A DNA stretch of 63,717 nucleotides, counting the filler, from Perkinsus chesapeaki ATCC PRA-425 (Eukaryota; Protista; Perkinsozoa), in the NCBI GenBank assembly GCA_013115145.1. It is 7 parts of 7 records of this genome, joined end to end, with 100 filler letters (N's around TTAATTAATTAA, not from the genome) between each part and the next. Parts side by side here need not be neighbours in the genome. Positions count along the whole stretch, not along the records: positions 33,413 to 58,157 come from JAAPAO010000538.1; 6 more parts are not named here. One strand, 5' to 3'. Made by a program: the position numbers and the translations under genes. Below are positions 40,600 through 50,973 of the stretch, piece by piece. The first letter of the stretch is position 1. Each line of letters opens with the position of its first letter. The notes below the pieces were generated by a model. The model searched no databases. It saw only the letters and a list, made by a program, of their open reading frames with translations, and was not told the DNA's origin.

Positions 40600-43500
40600 G
40601 CTATAGACTCAACCATTGAGGTTATTCCCTCCTAGCTCCGAGTAACCGCTGTATTTTGGCCGGTCTCGGTCACCTATCATAACCAATACTGACCACTGGC
40701 TTCAATACCTACTCATAGGATGGGGCCGCCTAGGGAAGGCTCCCTGTGTGGTGCTGCTGAGTTCCTCCACTATAAGGGAGCTTTGTCTAAAGTCTCTGTC
40801 GAAAGGACGGTTGCCGAGAGCTCGGATGTTAGTCGGTTGCCTGAAAAAATGTGAATCACCAGCATCTTGAAGCACCTTACCCGAGCCCGAGCGACGGAGG
40901 CATACCATACCCCTGTCGGCCGAATCCAGCTTGATACAGTCCAGAAACCTTATCGCCGGGCAGCTGAATACATCAGAATCAAATTCGCTTTTCAAAGGTC
41001 CAGCTCACCAGAACTTGATCCCTTGCTTGCTTAATCATATGTCTGGGATCGGCCAGCTCCACCTCTCTATGCCGGAGAGTCTAAGACACACTGGTCGTAT
41101 CACAATACGCCCTCTTTGCCTACCTGCTGCATTGCCTCCATTTTACTAGCCATCTCCAACAACTTGGTCTGCATCGTCTGATTGTCCCTGCGCATCTCCA
41201 TAACCCCAAAGTCGGCGTGCCAACTCACTTAGCAAGCATTTGGTTATCACTAACGAGCTGGGATGTCTTTGTTTGATGGTATCGCATTTCCAACATCAAG
41301 TGCTTCATATCCTGCTGAGCATTCAGCAGTGCCTCCTAATAAATGACAGCAATTAGGCACTCCCAAGCTGACCGTAGCGCCACCTGAAGGTCCTTCACTT
41401 GCTTATCAGCCCGGCCACTCGCCACCAACGCAGCATGCCCTAGATGACCGGTCTCCAATATAAAGCATGCCCACTCTCCTCCTCCTCACCTCCCTTGCTA
41501 GCTCCTCCAGCGGTTCCTGTCCCTCCACCACGAGCGCCCGCCGCAGCTTCGTTCTGCAGTTTAATAATCTCATGATTAAGTTGATGTATAATATCATTCT
41601 GTTGCTTCATAACCTAACACTCGTATAGATACGACACTTCCACTGGGAACCTCACCGCCGCCGCGTTATTTAGTGGCCGATCGGCCACAGCAGACTTGTA
41701 CATTTCAGCCTCGGCCTGCTTGGCCGCTAACAGCCGTTTGAGCCCTTCAATATCGGCAGATTCATCGCCTTTGCTGGTTTTCAAAGCCAGCGCAGTGCTC
41801 CCAGCAGATCTTTGCTCTCTCTTCTTCAATACAAAACCTATATGACCATGGTGAGCCCAAAAGCCTACTGCTATTAGCCTGTACTATGTAACTATAGGAA
41901 TATTACTAGTATTAATAATCCCATAGTATTATAGTAGTAATTATTAGAACAATTTACTACCATATACGACTCCTAATCTCACAATCTTAGTAATTCATCG
42001 ACGTAAATGTGCCTCTATTTCACATTTTCAAGTGAGAATCGGAATCAGCGAGATCTCTATGCCAATGCGTTATTGATTCGCTAACTATAAGTTGAGCGGG
42101 AGCCAGGTACAGCAGCAGATACGTTCCAGGTTCTTACACTTATTAGTCGACGAGAAATCGTTGAAAAAGTATAGCAATAATTTTCAATGTGAATGGCTAT
42201 ATCTATGCCCCCAAATTCGTGACGCCTACCTTTAGTCTTAAGACGGCTAACTTCCATTTTAGCCACTTCCAGTTCTCCTTGCAAGCATCCCCGACGGATC
42301 TCTGCATCGGTGAGATCCTTCTGCAGCTTAACTATCATCTGTGCCTCCTCTCCTCTTCCATTCAGTTGCTCCTCCAGACGTGCAAGTTCCTACACAAATA
42401 GCATACCCTCCAGCAGTAGCCTCGGTCTCACCTCCTCCTTGGCCATGATGGCCGTCTGTAGTTGTTGGATTTGCAGCCCAAACAGACCTTGAGGCTCCCC
42501 GCTGTTGGCTGCCGTACCGCCGGTAACCGCTTCGAGAAGATCCTCTGTGTCGGCCACATAATCCTGAAATGGCAATTACTTCTGTACCCGGGAAAACAAC
42601 GACCACTCATCAAAGCTACTATGCACCCAACCATTAGATGACAATAGCTACAGACTTCCAGCCTAGGTTGGGAAATTGAGGGTGCTGGTACGGTATCAAT
42701 ACTACCAGATTCCGGGCTTACATAGAAAGCGTAGAAACCTCCCTCAAGTCCCTCCTGGGCTGCATCCAGGCACCTCACCCTTACCTGTATAAAGTCTATT
42801 TCCTTCTGTAACGTCCTCATTGTCTTAATCAAAGGATGCATAGCATCAGCCTCCACTTCCTCTTCGACCTTCTCAGCATCTTCCTCCCCCTGAGCCCATC
42901 CCTGCTCCCCTCATATTTTCACTTCCTTACCTTTTTCCCTCCCTCCTCATCAACATCTGATCCACCACCGTCTGCTGCCTCAGCAGCAGCTGCTGCCTCC
43001 TTCGCCGCCTCCTCAGCAGCTATCCTCTTCTGTTCAGCCTCTATTTCCCGAGCCAACCCTGTCGCCATGACAATCGAATTCACCACCTCCTCCATCGATG
43101 TTATCATCTCCTCAGCCTTCTCTCGAGACGGTACCATATCCGTCTGGTCTCCGACATGGAACCCGATCTAACACAGCCACCCTATATTATAGTTAGTATA
43201 ACTTATATAATGTTAATTATAGATAAAATGTTGATTAAAGATATAATGTTAATTATAGATATAATGTTGATTATAGATATAATGTTGATTGAAGATATAA
43301 TGTTGATTATAGATATAATGTTGATTATAGATATAATGTTAATTATGGATATAATGTTGATAATAAAATATAATACTACTTAATAGTAATATAAATAAAA
43401 TCATTTGTATATCACAAACTGTATTATATATACTGTACAAGTGGACCAGCACTGCTGCTGGTGTCCGTGCTCAACCCACCTTAACAAGATCCCTAAGGAC

Positions 43501-43951
43501 CCTATGTGCTCTCCTAGCCTCCACATTGGCCCCGGCCGCTTGAGAATTAAGCTCCTTTATCTGTCCTTCCAAATCGCTCAACTTCACCAGTATCGGATTC
43601 CTCGCTTGCTCTTCCATCTGAAACAATACGATAACCCACCGACTATGGGACCGAACTGTCTGCGGATGGCAGTGAATTCACGGTCGATAGAAGCATGTCG
43701 AAGCAGTTCCATTTGAATACATCGGCGATGCTACCCTAACCACAGCGTTGTACTTCCACGCACAGTAAGCCTATCAAACGGCGAGAGCGTAGCCTCACCT
43801 CGGGCAACTCGGCATCTTTGATCGATCCTCGTTTCTGCTTGCCATTGCCACTGCCCTTCGCCATCGCCTCCTCCTCTAGAAGCTCATTAGCTCTATCCTC
43901 CTCCTCCTCAGCGAATGCAACTACTTCTAAGAGTGTCTCGCAAATACCTGA
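40600..43951 (-). CDS. Hypothetical large coiled-coil protein, multi-exon; boundaries approximate
   Basis: E/A/K-rich exon-like blocks with GT-AG ends, e.g. EIEAEQKRIAAEEAAKEAAAAAE, LQIQQLQTAIMAKEE, KLQKDLTDAEIRRGCLQGELEVAKMEVSRLK. Confidence 0.45.
43207..43365 (+). repeat. AT-rich 18-bp minisatellite, about 9 copies, intronic
   Basis: ATAATGTT(A/G)ATTATAGAT units. Confidence 0.9.
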
Positions 43952-44070
43952 TACACACAACGTGCCGGAAGCCGCAACAGGGATATAAAAATAAGTCGAC
44001 CTACGTCGTACGAATACTTAATAATAAGATTCACAAACAGAAATGATCAATTTCAATGATGTAATTATTA

Positions 44071-47000
44071 TCAGTAAATGGAAGCTGTAGAAAAAGAAAG
44101 CATGCACCAGTAAAAATACACAGTTATCGATTTCCTACGCTCCATAGGCTCCACCAGGCTAATAGCGTTCTTTGCACTGATGGTTCCCTTCCGTTTCAGT
44201 TGCTCTTGTATAAGGTCCGCTTGACTTGAAATTTTCCTCTGTTGTCCCTCCCCGTCAACTCCGGCACTCGAGGTTGTTATCGAAGTGCCGTGCAGGATGC
44301 TCAACTCAGCCTCGAGCTCTTGGATGCGCTCCAGCTGAAAAAAATGATTCGAAATTCCACCAATGGGGATCGAACCCGGGACCTACCATATCGCCGGAAT
44401 CATCGCCCATGGCACCACCGACGCTCATCACTCCCAAGGCCTTCAGGTGGCATAAATCCTGATCAGCCCTCTCCTTGAATAACCAAGTCTGTAACGTCTC
44501 TGTGTCCGATATCCTCAGCTCGCCTCTCTCTTGGAATGAGAACAAGCCAGACCCCTCGTGTTCCCTCATTATTAACTTGTAGGTCTCATCTCCAACGTGA
44601 GGATGAGAAGGCACGCCGGTCTCAGCAAGCCAGCCGGCTATTTGTACGCCGGGGCCGAAGAACGCGTATTGGGGTGCCTTCACTCGTCCGCCGATAACAC
44701 CAGCATAGGCAACGCCGGTATTAACTCCGATCTTCAGTTTTAAAGTTTGACCGGTACTGCCTATCTTCAACTGTTCGGCTAAAAATACGGAATAATACTG
44801 GAACCGAGAATCGAACTCGGGACCTACTGCGTGTTAGGCAGTCGTCATAACCAACTAGACCATTCCAGCGATGACACGCTTAATTTCACGAAAGACTTGC
44901 CCGTCCATTTCGCTTACCTTTCAAAAGCTTGTTGGCGAATCTCAAAGCGACCTCCGTGTGCTCGTCATTTGTCGACTCGTGACCGCAGATCGCCAAGAAT
45001 CGTTCACCATTCGACAAAACCGGATACATGCCATTGTCCTTGCTGAGCTGATCGAAACTGTTCGTCATTTTATTCATTAATACGACCAATTGAGTGACCG
45101 GCACCGCCTGACCAGGAACCAACAATGCATATCACTCTGCAATGGACTTAACTGAAATTCGCCGTTTAGCGTTTATGACACCTCGGATGTATGGAAAGCA
45201 GTTCAAGTATGATTTAACATTCTTTTATTCTAAATTATTCAAATTAAATATTATTTATATTGAATCCAATATTAAGATCATGCACGCACTAGATCTTCGA
45301 TCGGCGGGTGCGCTAAGGGCATGAAAAATTGCCCCGCAGCGCCTTTGCCGAGGTTGCCATAATCAGCAGTCGACTAGGGCTTGCAATAGTGAGTATAAGC
45401 AACACAACGTCATCGGTGAGTTCTCTTACTTGTGTTATCAGCTCAAACTGGTGAACCACCGCCGAAACACAACTGACGGACTCCAACTTATCAGCTATCA
45501 TTGTTGCTCCTCCTCTTAAACGATCGATTATGAACTTTGGCATTACTCTGCCCATCACCTACCACAGACACACCTTCATTCCCCCCATAGAGGTAATACA
45601 ATAACAACCATTATGTGGCGGCGCGCATCCAAACAACCGGTCTTTAGTATATGTTATAATGCAAAATATGGCATTGCATTCAGACTACTGTACAGCGACC
45701 TTTCAGAAAAGTCATGGAATACAAGAAAGGAGGAAGAGTATCTCCGGTATTTGACAAGAGGCTTTCGCCTCCATAAGGCCTTCCATTTTCTATGCTATGA
45801 TGACCATACGGTAGGAGCCAGACAGAAGGCCAGATGGCCCAAGAAAAACATATGTGTTGCCGATTGGGTCGTATAGAATAACAACACTAAGGAAACTAAG
45901 ATCGCCGACATTCTCACCTCATAATTCACTTTAGCCTTGTTCTCATGCTGGACGTGATATCGATTCCGTATAAGTGCAAATATGTGATCAACAATAATAG
46001 GAAGATTCTCCTCCGTAACCGGCTTGGAATATACCGCTGTTGCTCCTCGTCTGATGGCATCGACTCTGCTGGCGGAATCAGTCGACTTCGTCACAACAAG
46101 GACAGGCACCTGACAGGCTCTGAAATCAACTTCACAGATATTCTCTCTGAACAGGACAGCTAGGCCCACAAAGCCGAGATATGAAAGCATCTTCTATAGA
46201 TTCCTATAGACTTATATAGACTTATAGAGACTTATAGAGACTTATATAGACTTATGTAGACTTATATAGACTTATATAGACTTATATAGACTTATATAGA
46301 CTTATATAGACTTATATAGACTTATATAGACTTATGTAGACTTATATAGACTTATATAGACTTATATAGACTTATATAGACTTATGTAGCCTTATATAGC
46401 CTTATATAGACTTATGTAGACTTATATAGACTTATATAAACTTATGTAGACTTATATAGACTTATATAGACTTATATAGACTTACATTTCGCTATGGAAT
46501 ATATAGCAACTATGAGAGACACCTGTTGCTCAATATAATGCCCAGACTTTTCTGCCTATATGAAATAGTGGCAGCAAACCCATGCTATACCAACGCTGCT
46601 TGACACTGCTACTGTATTATAAATCGGGAATTTTGTGGCGCGTGACTCCTCACCTCCGGCGGTTTCTCCCTTCTAAACTGGCTTAAAAAGTCCAGTCCTG
46701 GCAAGCTTCCCGGCAGCTCCGTTTCCATAATAACAATATCCGGCATCGGATGCGTGTTGAAGTAGTCCAAAGCCGCAAAGCCATCAGCCACAGTGTTAGT
46801 CTTATAAGCTCTATCCACCAGCATCGGCCTCAGCAGCGTTGCAGTGTCATCGCAATCATCGATAATAAGCACCTCCTTAACTGATAGCTCGTTGATGGTA
46901 TTCTGCAGATCTTCTTCATCATCACCTTCACCAGCAACTCCCTCATCAGCCATAACCTGATCGATGAGCTTGTGGTCTCCACCGAGCCAATGACCTGCCA

Positions 47001-50000
47001 TTTTTTGAGCGAGCTCCTTCTTCTGGGCCCGACGCTTGGCCCTGGCATCCACGACCTCTCTGGCGTTACAGACCAAGTCGATGAAGAAAGTCGCTGAGAA
47101 CGATACGATATGTTATATTTTTACCATCATGCAAGCAAAAAAATATCCTTTTCTTAAAAAACGTGCACAAGCTGCTCTGAAAGATTATCCCAACGGCAAG
47201 AGTCTTCGTCCAAGACACCGATCGACTCAACCGGATTCACATCGCTCGCGCAGTATGAAACCGTTCCCATTCCCACATAAAATGATCAACTGTAACGCTT
47301 CTCTACGGCTTCCTAGATATCCTATATAGCGAAGGGATGCACCGGCAACTCAGACTTAACCAGATTTAAATCAGGACATACAGGAGCCAGTGCAACGCTG
47401 GCCGGCGATAATGCGAAATTAGGGTTTGGTGTTCGGGTTTCGGGTTTTCCATCACCTCCACCTACTTCCTTTCCCCATTTCAGATTCGCACCACAGCCTT
47501 CCACCATGCAGATTGATGACCTCATTCGACACCGACAACCCCAAGCCAAGACCTTCGTATCTGATCGCCCGGAGCTGGCTCAACCTCGGGAGCAAAAAGT
47601 GCAAAGTTAACAGGACGGGAATGTTCGTTGGCATGGAAGAAAAGGATATCAAAAGATAGGTTAAGCGAGCGCTTGATGCATCCCATGAGGAAGATTCGGT
47701 GTTCTTCTGAAAAACTTGAGGAACTTCTTTAACACTTAGCAACTTTGAAACTTCTATGTGATACGAATTCTTGTGAAACGGCTAGACTGGAGTTATGATT
47801 TCTATCACAGCTGTGCGTTGATGTTGTGAAAGTCAGGCTTCAACCTATGATGCGCCTTAAACCTCGAAAGGAATTACTTCCGATTCTCATGATCATCATC
47901 TTCCTGTTCGAACTCCGTGAAGATGCGCTTCACATTCTGGTCGGCAATACCAATACCAGTGTCCACTATCTTTATTAGAACCTAAAAATGCTCCATGCCG
48001 GGATCGAACTCGGGACCTCTTCCTACCCCTCTCGCCTTCCCTTTAGTCATAACCTTCACAGAGCCTTTAGACGTGAACTTGCATGCATTATTAATCAATG
48101 CTGACATCACGTATTCCAACCTAAGTCACGCGCCATAAAACTCGACCTCTACTGTGGAGCGAACTACACTTAAGTGAACACAGGGGGAGAAGTACAAGTC
48201 ACCACACAGTGATTTTTATAATAAGTTATGATCTATAAAAGAGGAGGAGTATACAACAACACTGTATATGCTATCATTAGACAATGTACTTATAAATCAG
48301 AGGTCACGCGACAATCATCTAGTTTGAATCTCGAATAGTTACTAAAAAATCTCCGTAGCTGGTAAGATTTACCTCGGGCTGGTAAGATGCGCCAAAATGG
48401 AAAAGACGATTCGAAAACGTTACCATCAAATCTACGTTATTGAGAGCCTGTTAATAAAGAGAAAGGATGGAATACGAGAATAGCCAGCAAAAAGGAGAAA
48501 ATAAGGAATTCACCCTCCTTAAGAAGCGTCACCTTTTTCCATTGCACATTTCTGATAGAAAAAGAGTGTCTATTCGTAGAATAGACACCCGAGAGGAAGG
48601 CCAAAGATTCTCTTGCCTGTCCTTGTCGCCCTCCACTTCAGGTGCGGCCGGATCCGGAAAGAACTCGAGCTCGACTTTGTCCTTCTTGATTTTCCTCCCG
48701 CGCTTGTCGACAGCTTCAACCATCTCCGCACAGACATGCTCACAAATCTCATTCATCTACTTCAATCAATCAGTCACGCGCCACAAAATACCTCCTACCT
48801 GAACCATACCAAAGTTAAGCTGCATTTTCTTAGTCTTCAGTGCTGCCATGTCCATAATCTCGTTCACCAACGCCAACAGTCGGACCTTTAAAAAAACTTC
48901 GCTCCGCTAGAACCCCCTCCGCCTTACCGCGCAATTGTTAATGATATCCAAATGCTTCTTCCGGCCAGCATTTGGCTCCGTCATCCTCAGTGACTCCGAC
49001 AGGCCGATGACGCCATTCAAAGGCGTTCCTGAAAGGCACTGCCAAAACGTTCCCCACAGACGTCCCACTTAGTTCATGATTCACAGTGGCCATAAAACTG
49101 TCCTTCTTTTTCTCCAGTTCACATATTTTCGTGCAGTCCCTCAGTATGGCACAAAGCGTGTAGTCGGCCGGATCCGAGTCGAAACTGAACAACAATTTCG
49201 CACCAGTAGCATTCTACAATTTTTCACAGGACTTAAAGAGGAACCTCAAATGGTCCAAGAAGGAGCGCGTGTGGCGTTCCTTCGCTCTAAGGACATATTT
49301 CCTAACAAAATTCCCATGGTACCTCCCCCGGATTGGGAATAGTCTTTCGCCTCGGGCAACACTCGCCCCAGTTTTATTACAGGATAGATACATATAAGGA
49401 ACTCGGGGTGACCTGCCCATCCTTATGCTTCACTTCAACATTCCTAGTCTCATCCACATGTACTCCTGAACCATAACAATTAATACCATATTTCCGTCAA
49501 CTCTTACTAGGTCGCCTATTAGGATCGGTGGCCATGGCCTCGTCCGCTTTCTTAACAAATTGCTGAAGCATAGCGTCGTGCGCTACTGCCACTCTATCCG
49601 GCATCAACATCTTGATATCTCGACCGATCAACTCGTCTGCTTTGAACCTGAGAGCTTTCGTTATGAACTTTCATGCAATCTATACGTCAAAAAAGGAGAA
49701 TACTATTTTAGTGGTATCTTCACGAGTGGGAGATAATACGAGCAAACTTGTCGGCTAAAGACTAGAAAGATCAAAAAAATTTACTTTTCCACCATTTTAC
49801 TAACTATTTCTAGTAATTTTTCAAACTTTACTTTTCTTACAAAATGATAAAGTAAAAATCCGAATTTGTAATACCAATATTCCATAATTGCGTATTGGCA
49901 ATGTTCCAGAAATTTCGAGTGGGCCGGAGAAGGTCTCGCTACCGTGAGCCGACGACTGTCGAAATGTGCCACTGGGATTGACACCTCGCCTTGGCTTTGA

Positions 50001-50651
50001 AAGATGCGAAATCCAGAATCGATTTTTCTTATCTTCGATAAGACGATTGATTCATTAAGGGATGCCACTGACGTGTATAATTTCTTCTGAATGAGTATGA
50101 CGTCCTAACAAAGTCGAAATTACTAACTTTCGAAAAGTTACTTTTCTCAATCTAGTGGTCCACCAAACAGATACTGAAACATAGGGGATCGATAGTAGAC
50201 CAGTTGGGAATCGACATGAAATGCGATACCAGCATTAACAGAGAATTCCGCCGAAATAGCAAAGTATACATCTGTTTAAGAGACACGTCCTATGGAAGTT
50301 TACGATGATACCGTCAAAATACGTTTTATTGACATCTGTCAAACTATTGCTATTTTAGAGGGAACACCCCTAAGCAAGTTTAGTCTGTAAAGATGAGTAT
50401 CTTTTAGAAACTAAAAAAGATACGTTTTACTAACTTGCGTAGTAATTATTTTAACATTGGCGTATCTTTTAATCCTTGCTCTATTATATATTCCTAATAA
50501 CATCTTCCCACTATTACCCAGTCCAAGCCTCTGATTGGCTATTCCCGTAAACTATCTTTCCTTGTCGATCAGCCAGGATTACCAAGTCATCTGAGATCTC
50601 GGCAAAGGAATCCATTCCCCGCCAGAATGGATTATTTTGGCAGTCGACCAT
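44071..50651 (-). CDS. Hybrid signalling protein: PAS - HisKA - HATPase - receiver - class III nucleotide cyclase-like domain, many exons; ends approximate
   Basis: PAS SDDLVILADRQGKIVYGNSQSEAWTG|FKADELIGRDIKMLMP; H-box ATVNHEL|RTPLNGVIG; N-box LINNACKFT; G1 IVDTGIGI; G2 GLGLGLSV; receiver VLIIDD..PDIVIME..|VLVVT..YSKP; cyclase LKIGVNTG..YAGVIG..PQYAFFG. Confidence 0.88.
44335..44386 (-). other. 52-nt intron made of a tRNA 3' half
   Basis: GTAGGTCCCGGGTTCGATCCCCATTGGTGGAA TTTCGAATCATTTTTTTCAG; removal joins ..SGDM|LERIQELEAEL in frame. Confidence 0.8.
44796..44869 (-). tRNA. tRNA-Val (AAC) inside intron 44779-44917 of the kinase-cyclase gene, same strand
   Basis: GCTGGAA/TTCCAGT acceptor stem, ACTGC-CT AAC AC-GCAGT anticodon arm, CCGAG TTCGATT CTCGG T-arm. 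Confidence 0.93.
46191..46484 (+). repeat. 10-bp tandem array (CTTATATAGA), about 29 copies, in the intron splitting the receiver domain
   Basis: Directly visible, with CTTATGTAGA and CTTATAGAGA variants. Confidence 0.95.
47982..48026 (-). other. 45-nt intron made of a tRNA 3' half
   Basis: GTAGGAAGAGGTCCCGAGTTCGATCCCGGCATGGAGCA TTTTTAG; removal joins KGKARG|VLIKIVDTGIG; unspliced it ends in an in-frame TAG. Confidence 0.85.
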
Positions 50652-50973
50652 AGAGAAGAATCTTAAGCTCAAGCTAGTCAGATACGTCGAAGCTGAGGTA
50701 TGTGGCCTTAAAGTCGATTACAACGCTCGAACGTAGGGAGACTAGGGAGACTCTGATAGCATCTTGCGCTCTTTCGTAAACTTGAAGTTTCTCATCGACA
50801 TTCGCTTGTGCCCCTCGATTGCTTATTGGAGGCCTTCGATTCTGAATGAAGTATCCTTAGGTTACACATGCAATATACAAGATAGGTCAGCCTAAAATCA
50901 TTTAAGCGACGCTTTAGGTCTAATAACCTATGAGGATTCTCGCTTCAGGACATATTGGCGGTCCCTTTCCCCT

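Noticed and set aside
43156-43383. ORF with repeated IIDIML
   Set aside because: Translation of the 18-bp AT-rich intronic minisatellite.
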